Shown here: one piece after another, positions 38,801-53,629 of the stretch
Position numbering within the stretch: the stretch's first letter is position 1
Layout of the letters: every line of letters begins with the position of its first letter
Assembly (NCBI GenBank): GCA_016748015.1
Contig: JAAOMT010000381.1
Coordinates: 1-64,000 of the forward strand
Origin: Geosiphon pyriformis uo1
Lineage: Eukaryota; Fungi; Glomeromycota
Reading direction: 5' to 3'
DNA: 64,000 nt
Notes under the pieces: model-generated
Told to the model about the DNA's origin: nothing
What the model saw: only the letters and a program-made list of their open reading frames with translations
Databases searched by the model: none
Translations under genes and position numbers: made by a program

Positions 38801-40671
38801 ATAAGTTATATTTTTTTATTAAAGATAATTTTTGGAAATACAGTTTTTATACTTAATATGAGAATTATAAATTATTTAGCAACTTTGTGAACAAGATTAT
38901 GAGTGGATTCGAAAGTAATAAATGGGATATTTTAAAAAAAAGATTAAATAATGCTAAACTAATTCTCATAAAATTTTTTCTATTTCTTAAGTTTTATCCT
39001 TTGAACAATCATTTTCAATAAAAAGAATTTGGTTGAAAGTTGGTTGGTTCAAATATTTTTGAAATATAATATATGTTTTTGAATAAAATAGATACAAAAA
39101 TTCAAAAATTACTGAACACATTCTAATTTTTTAAAACCAATATTTTAACTTACTCAAGTTATAAATAACCAAGTATGTTTAAATTTATCTAGTTTTGTTC
39201 TTATATATTCAATAATCAATCGGCATTAAATGTTTATTTTTCTTAAGCTAAAATTCAGTTAGAGTTTTTCGAATTTCATATTTTTTATACCTCAAATTTT
39301 AGAAAAACTTGAAAATTAATTCAATATTTATTTTCAAGCTTTTTTTTTGGTTATTATTTTTACTAGCAACAGAAAAAATTATAATCAATAATATTGAAAC
39401 AGTTTTGAAAAAAAAGTTATCCTTCTTGTTTTTTGACAAAAGACTAAAGCAACAAGGTTTGTTATTTTATTCTAGGCTTTTTTATGTTAAAATAAAAAAA
39501 TTACTATTAAATGTAAATAATAATGCTTAACTAATACATATTGATTTAGATGTAAAATTTTGTATTATAAAATTACCTTTAATTATATATTTTTATAATA
39601 ATTACTAAAGACTAACAGCCTAATTATTGCACGTTTTTTAACGGATTAGAAATATTTAAATAAATTTTTAAACTTATCATTTAATAATCTGTTTTTGAAT
39701 AATAAAAAATTTCCAAAGCTTCTATTATTTCTTTTTTATTGTTTCCAAAGCACATGAATTCTGAATAAATTGAGGCTTTTTTCACCTATTTTTTGATAAT
39801 TACAATCTAAATTTCACAAATATTAATATTGTTACTTAATACAAAATTTATTTAATTATAAGCATTTTTTATACTTATAATATCTTATTAATCTATTAAA
39901 TTAAACTTTTTTGCAAGAGACTTAAAAAATTAATGTTATATTTGTTAAAATTGATAACAAAGAGCAAATAATATAAGTAATTACTACCTATTATAAGAAA
40001 TTAAATTAAATTTTTGATTAATATAAGTTCAATTTTTTCTATATAAAAAAAGTTTACTATAGCTTTAAGCAGCATAATATAAGATATACGATGAAAAATT
40101 TTTTTTTTAGCTCTAAATTCAATTTTTATTATTATTGAAGACTTGTTTAAAAGTTTTTTAATAAAAACTTTTAACTTTAAATGTTTGATCAAAGATTTTT
40201 TAAAATTATAAAAAAAAATTTAGAGCTTAATTTGCTATTTTGAGAAATTTTATTTGCAAATATATTTCACTTTAATAAATATTATTAAATTTTTGTTAGT
40301 AATCAAATTTTACTTAATCCAGCAAAAAACACAAAATTAAATTAAATATAAATATAATTAAAAATAATTTATTTAAAAAAAAATTTTGAATTAGTTTTTC
40401 AAAGTAATAATTAATAATTTTATTAAAATTAAAAAAAAAATACATTTATTTTTTAAGTTAATTTAACAAAAAAACTATTTTTTTGATCTTAAACTAAAAG
40501 TATTTAAGAAAAACTTGTTTAATACTTTTTAGAACTTTAAAATTTTTTATAATAAAACTAATTTAGCAAGTAATTAATAATTAAGTCAATAACTAAATAA
40601 ATAATTAAGTTAATAAAATATTTTAAAAAATATTAGGGCAAATGAATAACTAAATAAATAAAACTGTAAAT

Positions 40672-40722
40672 TTATTACTATTATTATTATTATTGTTATT
40701 ATTATTATTATTATTATTATAT
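40672..40722. repeat. (TTA)n microsatellite
   Basis: Run of tta/att triplets with few interruptions. Confidence 0.85.
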
Positions 40723-41169
40723 TAAAATTTCTGACTATATATAATTTTAAATATAATTTTTTGTATATTTATTTACAATATATAAATTTTTTAAAATTAC
40801 CAAAATTTGAAGTTTTATGTTTTTTGTAATTTAATTTAACTATATTTGTTTTAAGACTACAACTTTTTATTTTGTATTTTATTAATAGATTATTATTTAA
40901 TATTGTTGGTATTATAATAATTAATAATTAATTAAATGATTGGTAATTTTTAATTTGTGTTTAATAAACAAATTAAATATAAAAAATTGTTTTATTTTAA
41001 ATTTTACAAAATATATAAGCTGTTATTTAATATTTTAATAACTTTTATTTTTATAAAAACAATATATAAAAACTAAACTATTAACAATTAAAAAATAGTT
41101 TGACTGTTTTTTTAATTATTTCAAGTTTTTATTAATAATAAATTAATTGTTAAATAGAAAAACATTATA

Positions 41170-42300
41170 TTGTGAACTCAATTAAAAGTAAGGAGCTAAG
41201 TATGTCTTGGAATAAGGTCAAAAAACATTCAGATATAATAGGCAATAAGCATATTAATAAACTGGTCAATTTGGCTTCATGTTCAAATTTGTTTCTTTTT
41301 GTTTATGTTAATAAGAAAAGTGTTAGTGCTAATAGAATATTGGTGTTTGATAATATTTGTTATTTTGTCCAGAATGTTTTTAAAATTGTTTATTATGCAC
41401 ATTGGAAGGTTAGACCTAGGTTTAATAATGTTGATGCAAATATGAAAAAAGATATGGATTAGTTTTGAACTACCTCAGTTTGACACTCTGATTCGTATAT
41501 GGCAGCTGGTTACACGAGTAAATTCACTACTAGTTTTCATTTGTATTTTATAAAAGCTCTGTATTGTTGTCTATTAGTTGTTATTTATAAGCATTTGTAT
41601 AATAGAAAATATCTTAGTGTGTTATGTCTTCATTGCAAAAAGGTAAAAACTTTTGACTATTCTTTTATATGTCTATTTGATTCTGGTACTTGTGAGGGCC
41701 TGCTTGGTGTGAGTTTGGTTGAATAAAAAACTGTGTTAAATTTGAGTTTACTATTATTTTGTGTTTTACAGATGCTCTTTTTGTGTGCTTTTGACAATGC
41801 TGTATATATTACTTTGTATAAAGGCTTTGTGTTTAAAGATTAGTGTTTAGAGACTGTGTCTATTTTTGATAATGTTAAAGTTGCTAATGTTAAGGTGGTT
41901 AATTTTATGTGAAGTTTGGAAATGATCCACTAAAATAAAATATGGATAATTAAAGCTAAGTACAAATCAGTAATAAAAAAAAAAAACCTAATTGTACATA
42001 ATAGTTTAGTATCTTCTGTGATTTGTGGTCTTTTGATCTTGTTCTTTAATGGTGTTGTTAAGTTGCTTAGAATTGTGAAAATACACAGTGTCAGTTTTGG
42101 TTTTCAAAAGCTTTGCTGTTTTTTTTTTGGTACTAATAATGCTGTGATTGTTATCATAGATTTATAGTATTGTTCTAATTGGCCTAAAGAGCTGATTATG
42201 TGTAGAAAATACATGATTTACATCTAGTTTAGATTATATAGTTTGGTGTATTGGATTAGGTAGCTTTTGGGTCTTACTCATAAAATATTAAAAAAAAAAA
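41170..42300 (+). mobile_element. 5'-truncated LINE (copy 2): end of RNase H, CCHC finger, 3' UTR, poly(A)
   Basis: SWNKVKKHSDIIGNKHINKL (KVKGHS..GNE.AD decayed); CLHCKKVKTFDYSFIC; 3' UTR colinear with 8194-8327; A-tract ending at 42300. Confidence 0.88.
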
Positions 42301-42729
42301 TTTAAAAATAATATTAGGTTTTTATTGCAAATGTTTTTTATTTTGTAAATAATTCATAATATGTAATAATTTTTATTAAAAATTATTATTAAAAGTAAAT
42401 AATATCAATTATTAATAATTCAACAAAACTTATATTGTTATTTTTTAATAATCTGTTTTTTGTATATTTAATTATAAATTTATTTAAAAAATTTAAATAT
42501 GTTTTTCATATTTAATTATAAATTTATATGTCAATTTTGTTGTTTTTGTATAAAAAATTTTACAATTTAATTAATAATAAAATACAAACTTTATACAAAA
42601 AAGCTTAATATTATTTTTAAAAATTAATAAATCTATATAAAAAATAAGAAAGTATTTTATTTTTTATTTTATTGGCTGAATTTTTAAAATTAAATAATTT
42701 AATATGTTGAATAATTAAAATTATATATA

Positions 42730-45285
42730 CTCTTTCTTTTGTTGATTTTCTGGTTATAATAAAGGCATAAAATTGCTAAAAAAATAGCTTTTTTTATTTT
42801 TTTTTTCTCTTTTTTTTTTAATTATTTCTTTTAATACATCTTTTTTTGTTGTAATAAAACTGGTAAGCTTGTTTGCTGGTTATTTTGGTTCTAATTCTGG
42901 TTTAATTAGTTTGAAAACTTCTTCAAGTACCAAAAAAAAACGTTTGAAAATTATTTACTTTTGTGATGCATTTTATAAAAAACTGAAAAAGCCTGAAATT
43001 AGTAATAATATAGTTGATTTATTTGCTGGTTTTTTAAATTTGAAGAATATTATAGGCTTTAGTATTAAATCTGTAATGTCTTGTGAGAACAAAATTGGTA
43101 ATGTAACAAGTAATATTAATAGTTTTTTGAATGTAAAAAATATAAAAACACAATTACAAAAGAAACCAGTTACATGAATTCAAATATTTTTGTAAGTAAT
43201 AAGAATATAGATAAAACTATACTAAAGAAAACTTATATTTAGATATATATATTAAGACATTTATTAAAAGCACTTTTGTTTAATAATTTAAATAATAATA
43301 ATAATATTTTAATGTTTCTATTTTCTAAGTTTGTTGGCTCTAAACAATTGCCATTAATTAGATCATATGTTTTAAAAAAATGAAATTTTAATATTGTAAA
43401 ATTTTTTGTGTTAAATATTAAACTTTCTGCTATGTCTGAAAAAACTTTTGGTAATAAGTTAATAGCTGTAAAAAAAATTTTTTATCATATAGATGATTTT
43501 GAGAAGACATCTACTCTCTTAAAATTTCTAGAAATTATTAAATCATTTTTTATATCTGAATTAAGCTTAAAAAAAGCTAAAAAAATAGTAATCTGTAAAA
43601 AAATTCTGGTTAATAATGATGTTAAAAAGATAAATAGCCATACAAATTAGAAAGTAATTGTCAAGAAAATTTTAGTAAATCTTTTTAAATTAGCTGTAAA
43701 GTCAGTTTTTTCTAAGTTTAATAAAATTATGTTAATTAAGATACAGCTTATTGGTTTTTGACAAAAAACTCTAATTGAATTTGAATTATTTGAAATTGTT
43801 GATTTGATTACATCTAAATAGTTAGTGTTTATAAATAAAAATTTTGTGTATATAGCATTAACTATCAATAATAAATAAACATAAGTAATTAAAAATTGTT
43901 ATTGAATTCTGCTCTATATTTTATTAATTAGAACAATTGCTCATAATTTTTCTAATTTATTGGTGTTTTATGGTAAGAAAACTTGTTTTATTGGTTATAA
44001 TTCAAGTTTTTATATATATAACAGAGATATTATTATTTGTTTTGCTAATAAAGCATAAAAAAAAACTGCTTTTAATTCTGTTTTAATTTTTAAAAGTGTG
44101 AATTTGTATTAAATTAATCTTTTTTTGGTTTATTGTACTCAATACAAACATTTAAATCATGTTTTTAGTATATGTTTTATGAATAAAAATATAATTAGTC
44201 ATAGTAAAAAGTGGTCAATTTTTAGAATTAAGTTTATTTAGCAAATATATATAAGAAAAAACAGGTATTAATTGCTTATTTAGTCTTATTTAATGAAAAA
44301 ACTTGGATTTAAATTGTTGATAATTCTATTTTTTATATGATGTTTTTGGCTTTTTCTGATACTAATTCATTTTCAAATATTAAATCTTCTTTGTTGGCTT
44401 TTTGAAAATAAATAATAGATTTGTCATTTTTAAACACAGTTTCACTAATCTGTAAAGCAAGTTAATAACTTGGCTAAAAAATTGAATATACTTGAACCAA
44501 TAATTTTTTAATTTAGTTCTGAATATTAGTTATTAATAACTTTTTTATTACAAAATTAAGGAGTAAATACGATAATAAGTAAAAATTTAAGTGCAGTTAC
44601 TAATAGTGAAACTGTTACAAAAATGGAGTATTTAGACTAGTCAATTGTTATAAGATTTAAAGCAAAAATAAAATTTGTTAGTTATGATTATAAGTTTGAT
44701 AATTAATGTAAATAATAAGAGTTTAGGTTTGAACATTTTTTTTCAGCAATAACCAATTTTATTTGGAAAATTGTTATATATAATATTAAAGGTATAAATA
44801 ATTCTGCTAAACAAGCAAATATTATTTGTTAGTATAAAAATATAAATAATTTAATTTTTGTAATTACTGAAATAAAATTAAAGAAAAAAATCTATTCATA
44901 AATTATTAACAAATTTAATAGTATTTATGTATTTATTTTTAATTTAAACTCTAATTACTTAAATTTTGGTATTATAATTGTTATACTATTGTACTAGTAT
45001 GATTTATATACAGAGTTTTTAAGCTTGCTAACCAGTTTTTGTCTATCAGACTGCTGTTCAAAAATAAACTTTTTGTTTTAATTCTGGAACTATATGTTAA
45101 TGTTTTACTAGCAATATGCTTAACTTAAGCTAAAGAAGTTAATTTATTGATTGCAAAAGCTATAAATAAATTATCTTTTATGATTTTGAACAGTAATTTT
45201 AATAAAGATAGCTTTTATCAATATGTTAGTTTTAAGAAATATCTTAATTTAGAATTGGTTAACTTTTTAATAAAAAGCTTAATTA
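42730..45285 (+). mobile_element. 5' half of a LINE (copy 3): ORF1 (~42855-44752) and start of ORF2 endonuclease; 3' part lost
   Basis: KVIVKKILVNLFKLAVKSVFSKFNKIMLIKIQLIGF*QKTLIEFE is homologous to copy 1 ORF1; NFIWKIVIYNIKG marks the APE start; abrupt junction to Gypsy B near 45285. Confidence 0.8.
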
Positions 45286-48200
45286 CAATTCTTGTATTTA
45301 AATAAAATACATAATAGATATTTTTTTAGTTTTGGTTTTAAATATAAAATGTTCTAACTACTAGTTTTCTTAAAAAATTTTTGTTTTGTTTCTTTAGTTT
45401 AATTAGATATTAATTTAAAAACCATGTAAGTCTTGGTAATTGGTTTATTTTTTTTCAAATTTGAATACTGGGGCTTTTTTAAACTATTTATTAAAAGTAC
45501 TATAAATAGCAAATACTTTTATGTATTGTTTTTGGTATAAGATTTTAAGTTCTTGAATTTTTTAATCTAGATTTATATTGGCTTTGAGAAGTTAATTGTT
45601 TTTAATCAAAACTTAATATTAAAATATATTTATAATAAGAACTTTAACTAGAATAGTAATTTTATTAATTGTAAAAAAAAATTGTCAATTTCTTTAACTG
45701 AAATTTTTTTTATATTATCAGCTATAAAATAATTGTTTAAATTGTTTAAATTGATTTATTGATATTTTGTTTTAGCTGTTATATTAATTAATAGGTTTTA
45801 GTAAATTTATTATCTAAGATTAATTAAATTGTTTTTATTTTACTTCAGTTTTAGTATATATAACTGTAATTGCTTTTTGTTTAATAATTGCTGCATTATC
45901 AAGCAAAAATAGTAAATTATTTGTTTTAAATTCAAATAAAAAAATATTAGAAAAAATTAATATTTTTGGCAATCTTGGCTAATAAAATAGTATGGTATTT
46001 ATTAAAAAAGTTTTGTTTTAGTACTGCAGTTTTATCTTCAAAAAATACAGTTTGGTAAAAATCTTGTTTTTCAAATATTGTTAAATAACTAGATTATGTG
46101 TAGTAATAATTAAGTCTTTGTTATATTAAATTTTAGGAAATTAATTAGTTGTTTAGATTAATTTTGTTGTTGCTTGGAAATCAATTTTGTAGTATAAATT
46201 GGTTTTATTAAACTAATCTTTAAACAAATACTTAATATTGTTGAGTAAATGATAATTAATATTGTTAAACCTATAGTAGTTATTAATATTACTATTGTAT
46301 TGATTATAAAACAAATTGATAATAATTGTTTTAATATTAAAATTTTGAAAAGTAAAAAGTTTGTGTAAGAGACTAATAGTAAGATTGCTATGGTAAAAAG
46401 TAATATTGATTACTCCTGTTTTGTTAATTTCATTGTAATTTTCTGCGGTTTTATTTTTAATATTATAATAATAACAGCTTTGGTATTGACTGCTTAATAA
46501 TAATAAATAATTGTTTTGAGATCATCATTAAAGAGGCTAATACTTTTGTTGCTATTATTAATTGGTAAAATAGTTTTCAACTTTTTTTATGAGTTGGTCA
46601 ATTTTTTTTTTGGCTGTTAAACTGGTTTTGTTAATTGTAAAATTGATAAGTTTTGTGTGGTTGGCTTTTTCTATTGCTATGTTATAAGTTTTAGTATATT
46701 AAATAACAATGGCTAAATCTTTTGAGACATGTAAATAAACTTTTTTGATGAATTTATCTTTTAGTTCAGCAATAAATTGATCTAAAATTTAAGCATTAAA
46801 ATAATAGTCATTAGTTTCTAACTGATAAATTCGTTTAAGAAGTTTGTTAAACTTTCTAAGATATATTATAATAAATTCAAAGAATTCTTGTTTGATGTTT
46901 TAGAACTAATTTTGGAGCATAATAGAAGTATTATTGTTAATAAACTGTTTTAAGCAAACATATTTGAATGCTTGTCAGTTTTTAAAAAATGTATCAAGTT
47001 TTTAAATTATTTGTCTACTGTTCTTTAAAAAAATAAGAAATTGCTTTCAGCATATATATTGCATTTTATCTATTAACATCTTCTGTTTTTGAAATTTTGG
47101 TTAACTATTTTTGAAAACTAGTATTAGTATTTTTATTAGTAAATTTGGTAATTTTTGCAATATATATAATTGCTATGTTTTTTGTGTCTTCATTTTTAGT
47201 AGTTTTGTTTTCAGTAAATTCAAAAACATTTTAATTGTTATTAAAATTATTACTCTGATTTTTTGCTAAAAAATTGAGAAAATTTATGTTTTTAAAAATT
47301 TGTTCAAACTGTTGTGTTGAGCTTTTTAATAATGTAAAGTTTTCTGGTCTTAAAAAATAGTTAAATAATAAATTTGATATCTTAACTTGTGTAAAAAAAG
47401 CTGAAAAAAGTATAATTAAAAGTAATAGTTTAAAATTGTTTTTTTGTTTAGATGTTTACAGATATTAAAAAGTTGTTTTTGGTGTATTAAATGTTGTATA
47501 AATTAATTGGATATTTTTTTTTGTTTTTTTTGCTTGTTTTAAATTCAGACTTAAATTCAAAAATAAATTGTGAATTAGTAAAGTATTTTTTTTCACAAAA
47601 CTTAATAATATTATAATCAAATTCTTCAAAATAAATAGTATAACTATTAGCATTAATGTTTTTTGGATCTCTATTTGAGTAATAAATAAGATTTTTAAGA
47701 AGATTTTGCTTGATTTCTGTAATGTTGTTTTTTTCAAAAAGATATTTATTGATTCAGTTTTCAATATATTAAAAAAATGTTTTATTAAAGACTGTAATTT
47801 TGTCTTAAATTCCAAATTGTTGTTTACAATAAATGTAAATTAACTGATAGCACTTTAAAGTTGTTATGTCTTATGTAATCACTACTTTAAAATTGTTGTT
47901 GTTGTATTATTTCTGTAAAAGAGCACCAAATATTACTGGAGGTTTTTGATCTTTTTTTTTACTATTGTTAATATTGGTTTGCTGTTAATTCACAATTATT
48001 AGAAACTAGTAAATTTTCTATAATTTAAACTACTGGGTTTATAAGTAAAATAGCCAATTTTATGTTAGTTACTTTATATTGTTATTTTGTTGTAAAAGTC
48101 AACTCTTTTTTAAAAATTGTTTGTTTAAAAGCTTACTAAAAATATGTAATTATTTTGCTATAAAATTCAATTTTTTTACAAATATTTTGTCTTTAAACTA

Positions 48201-48856
48201 CTTTAATAATTATAATATAAAAAAATATAAAAATATAAAAAATATAAAAAAATAAAATTTTATTAAGAAAATTGTTCTTTTTTCAAGTCTGGAATTAATA
48301 ACAGATTACTATAATTGGTAGCTAATTAATTTTAAAATATTAGTTAAGTTTTGGAGAATTTCAAGTATAATTAATTGAAAAAATTTATTTTTGAAGTATT
48401 TTTTTTTATATAAAATTGTTATTTAAAGATAAAATTATTATTAATGAGATTATTTTGGGTAAAATATATTTTTTTTAAAAAAAAAGCTTTTTTTTATACA
48501 ATTTGTTATAGTACTAATTTTGAACTTGTATTTTTTTTTGTTATTATTTCAATAAATTAATAATATATTTTAACAAAATACTAATTATTTTTACAAATTA
48601 TAAATAATTTCAGTAAACTATTAAAATATTTTGCAAATTTTTACAAATTTTTAAATATTATATAGTTAAATAAATTGTGTAATTTAATCATTTTAATTTC
48701 TATTATACAAATTAGATTATTAATTAAATAGTCATATTTGATAGTTTTAATTAAATAATAAGTAATAATTGAAACAATACTAATATATATTAATTAATAA
48801 TAAAAATTATAAAAGTAATTTTATGCTAATTAATAACTAAAATTTTATTAGTAACA
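45285..48856 (-). mobile_element. Truncated Ty3/Gypsy family B copy 2 (5' LTR 47931-48856, PBS, gag, protease, start of Cys-rich domain)
   Basis: Reverse complement is colinear with 56426-60040, e.g. AIEKANHTKLINFTINKTSLTAKKKIDQLIKKVENYFTN; PBS TGGTGCTCTTTTACAG at 47913-47928. Confidence 0.85.
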
Positions 48857-49131
48857 TTTTTCAAAAACAACAAAAAATCTAATACAATAACAAACTTCCA
48901 GAACAACTCATTGTTTACAAAATAAAAAACAAAGTTTTATTATATTAACAAAAGCAAAAAAACAATAAAGTAAGAAATTTAACAACAAATAGGATAAACT
49001 TTTTTATATTTACAATGTCTTAAGTAATAGAGCATATAAATAATGTTTAGGTAATAAAATTCTAAAAAAAGTTGTATATAATAACCAATTAAAAATTTAC
49101 TATTAACAACAATTATCTAATCTGTTAATGC

Positions 49132-50082
49132 TATTACAGATAATTATTTAGGGTGTTAAAACAAATAACAAACTCGTAATTTGGTGCTTAATAACTTGGT
49201 AATATTGGTAATTTCTAAAAATTTTGGAGTCTGAAGATTTTGATGAAGTTTTTTGTATAATAGACAGAGATTTAATTAATATTTTAATATCTATTTTGAA
49301 AGTACTTTTTGTAAAAATTTTTTTAGCATAGTGGCCAGTTTTTTTTAACAGTCTTGTTTTTTTAATAAACTATTCTTAATTTTATGAGTATCTTATTCTT
49401 GTTTTATGGGTTTTTTACCAGACTATTTTTAACATCAATAATTCAATACTTAATTTTTTTAACCAATTAGTAAACAACAAAATAAAACAAAAGAAAATAA
49501 GAAAAAAAAACAAGAAATTAGTATTCTATTAATAATTATAATCAAAAGCTATTAGTTCAATATGATTAAGTATTAAATTTTATTAACATAGAGTGTTGAT
49601 AGAATAAAAGTAATTAATATTTCTTTAATCAAGTAATGATAACATAAATTTAGGTAATAATTGATATTTTATTAATATGTAATTTAATTCCATTTCTAGT
49701 TATAGAAAACTACCTTTTGAAAAAAAAAATATTGGGTAATTAATAGATTTAAATTAATAGTTGGTATTAATTCTGTCTTCTTTGTTTCTAACACTCTCAT
49801 TATATATACATAATTTTTGTTATACAAAATCTCATATTTTTTTAAGCAATGTGTCTTATTTTCTTTGATAATGTTTTTATTACTAAACAATGTGCCATGA
49901 TTTTCTAATAATGTGTATATTGTTAAGCAGTATACCATAATTTATTAACAATGTGCATATTGCTGAACAATATATCATAATTTTTTAGTATTGTGTTTAC
50001 TTGCTAAGTACTATTTTTTTATTAGTCTATTTTCTTATCTATTTTTCTTACTTTCTTTTTTTGTACTTTTTTATAAGTAACA
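49132..50082 (-). mobile_element. Solo LTR, family A variant (U3 like that of 9035)
   Basis: Family A R/U5 sequence; ends GTAACA on plus; flanks ATGC/ATAT. Confidence 0.85.
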
Positions 50083-50090
50083 ATATCCAA

Positions 50091-50882
50091 TATTACTCAT
50101 AGAAATTAAAAATTATAATATATAAATAAAATAACCAATTAAAAATAAGTATAATAAAAAGAGAAATTCTAGGATTTTTTTTGGAAAATTGTAGAATTGG
50201 AGAATTTTTTTTAAAAAAATTAAAGGATTTAATAAATTTTATATAACATAAATAATATATATATAGCGAAAATATTAGAAGCAGAAAAAAACAATTTATT
50301 TCAGAATAATAATATTTCTCTCTTTAAAAAATAATTTTTTATAACTTAAAATGGAATTATACTTATATTAATAAAATATTTATTATCACTTAAATCTATA
50401 TTATTATTACTTAATTAAAGAAATTTTTATTTATTTTACATTATTAACACTCTATATTAATAGAATTTAATATTTAATTATATTAGACCAATAGTTTTTG
50501 ATTATAACTATTAATAAGATACTAATTTTTAATTTTTTTTTTATTTTTTTATTTTTATTTTTATTTTTTTTGTTCACTAATTGATTAAAAAAATTAAGTA
50601 TTAAGTAATTAACATCAAGGATAGCTTGGTAAAAAACCTAAAAATAAGAATAAAAATTTAAGAATAGTTTATCAGAAGAACATAATTGCTAGAATAAACT
50701 GACCATTATGTTAAAAAAATTCACAAAAAAAACCATCAATTGAATCTCTGTCTATTATATAAAAAACTCAACCAAAATTTTTAGACTCCAAAACCTTTAA
50801 ATATTATCATTATTAATAGCTATTGAAAACTAAGTTACAGATTTGTTACTTGTTTTAATATCCCAAATAATCATCTATAACA
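50091..50882 (+). mobile_element. Solo LTR, family A
   Basis: TATTACTCAT (decayed TG)...TATAACA; TSD CCAA/CTAA. Confidence 0.88.
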
Positions 50883-52749
50883 CTAAATTAAAAACATATA
50901 TACTAATTGTGTTTTCTAATCAAATCTCATAAAACTTAAAACCAATAATAATTATTAAACATTATTTAAAAGGCATCTAATTTGGTCAATTATATTTGGA
51001 TTATTACCATTAATATTTAAAAAGAAATTAAAACAATCCCAAAAATAGTTAAAAAATCAAAAACATTAAATTATTAAAAAAAAATTTAATTTTTATATAT
51101 AAAAATAATTTATTTTAGTAATTATTTATTATTTATTTTATTTAAATATATCTAAAAATATTATAAATATTTTTTAATTTTAGCTATTACAAAAATATAA
51201 TTTCTCATTAAAAATTACTTTTAATAATTCTGAAATATTATATAAAAAAAAATCCAGCTACACAAAAAAATAAGCCAAACACAAATTATTTTAATTCTTA
51301 TTATAAGAAATAAAAAAATAATAACATATTAATTAGTAAAATTATAGAAAAATTCCAGTCTCTAAAAAGTACAACACCCAAAAAAAAAAATTTAATTGTC
51401 TTCTCTTATTATACACATTTCATAATAGCCACATTATTAGATTTTCAAACAATTTATATTAAAAAAAATAACAAAAAAATTAATAAAACAAAACTTTAGA
51501 AGTTCAAAAAACTGACTAAAAAAACAACTCTAAATATTGTTTTAGAACAGCATATTAATTCTATATGCTGTTTTAATACTGCTCAAAAGTATTGTTGATA
51601 AACAAAATAAATATACTTATTCTTAATAGAATTAGAAGACTTATTAACAATAAATTTTAGAACTTACAAGAACCAAATAGTTTAAACAAGTATACAGATT
51701 TTTATATTAAACATCAACATTAAAAAAATGCTTATTGATTTTAATAAAGCTCAATCTTAAGAACAGAATAATATTATCCAATAGAAATTAACAAAAATCA
51801 AAAATAATAATAATATAATATATTAATTAATTATTAAATAACAGTATAAATAGCACAAATTAACAAATAAAATCAGAAAAAATGATGCGTACACAATAGG
51901 ATACAAAATATACACAAACACATTCAATTTAATATAATTATAAACAAGTAAGCCAAAAAATACTTATAGTCAAATAAAAGATTTAATAGCTTAGTAATTA
52001 TTTACTAATCAGTTAAAATATACATAATTATATATAACTCGAAATATGTATATATACAATAGTTTTTTAACTAGAAAAAAGACAGACAAGAAAAAAATAA
52101 AAAACCAGAAGTTAATTAAATAAAATAAAACAAAAAAAAGATGGAAAAACTAGATTATAATTCCAATAAAAGTTAAAAAATATGCTTTTTAAGTTTTGTA
52201 TTATAATATTTACTAATACTAAAATCAATTAAATTAAAGATCTTTTTTTTTATAATTTAGTTTTTTTATAAACAACTAAAAAGACCACTATTTTTTTTTA
52301 CTATCATCTTTTTATTAATAAAAACAACAGTAGAAATATCTAATATATTAGCAAAAACATAAACAAAATTTAAGCTTAACAAAATTAAAAACATATTAAA
52401 AGGATATTAACTACATGAAATTATCTAAAAACAACTTATAATAATATTTTGGCCAAAATTAACAATCAATTTAAAAATCTGAAACAAGCTTTTCATATTT
52501 TTGAAAAATAATTTTTAATTAAGATTATTTTATGAATACTAATTTTGTTAAATTCTATTTTTTTATGTTAATTTTTTTTGAATTTATTAGAAATAAAGTA
52601 CTGTTTTACTATAAATAAGGAAATACAGATATCTGGTATTAGTGTAAAAAAAAAAGTATCTTTATAAAAGCTTTAAAAAAAACACAATCAGAAGTATAAA
52701 AATACAACAGAAATTTTTCTTAAAAAAATAGTATAATAGAAGCTATTAA

Positions 52750-53600
52750 CAGCAATTTTGGCAAAACTATTATACTATATACCAAATTTAATAATAAAAA
52801 CATTCATTAAAAAAAATTATCCAATATCTATTAAGAAGTTAAGAAAAACTTATTGAACTAACTTTTAAATTTTTAAATAAAAATAATAATAGTAATATAT
52901 TAAACAAAAATTCAGCATAAATTAAAAACAATACTAATTAAGACTAATATACTTATCTCTATGTTAAAATTAGATAATTTTTTATATTATTGCTTGATCT
53001 AAAAAGCCATAAAAATTAATTATAGTACAACTACCAAAAAAAAACTCATAATATTATAAAACAATTACTATTTATTTTAACCAATTTTATTAAATTTTTA
53101 TTAAATTCAAGTTATAAAATAAGACTATTATACATTAACCAAATTTTAAATCAGTTTAATAAAAGATTAAAAAACAGCATTCTTTAGTTTATTAAATTTT
53201 ATTATTTCAAAAATTTAAAAAATACAATTATACTTACTTATAATTTTGAAATTAATAAAACAAAAACCAAATTATACTTAAGCTGTTAATTTGGCCATAA
53301 CTAGAATCTTCAATATTATTGTAAAATTTATTTAATTAAATAAAAAGTTTTTTGCAAAAAATTGAAGAACATATTAGTCTTTACAGTATTGAAAACTTAA
53401 CAATAATACAAAGTACTCAACAATAACAACAATATTAACAGCAACAATAATCTTAAAATCAAAATTCCAAAACTGTTATTATTGTTAGAAATTTGGTCAT
53501 ATTGCAAAAAATTATTACAAGAAAATAACAGACCAAAACTGTAAAAACTAATATTAACAACAATTAAAATATTTACAATTATTAAAATATTTACAATTAT
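52750..53600 (+). pseudogene. Heavily decayed Gypsy gag fragment
   Basis: NQILNQF...NTIILTYNFEL...AVNLAI resembles the family A gag core; internally deleted. Confidence 0.5.
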
Positions 53601-53629
53601 TAAAATATTATTATTTTATTTCTTAGTAC

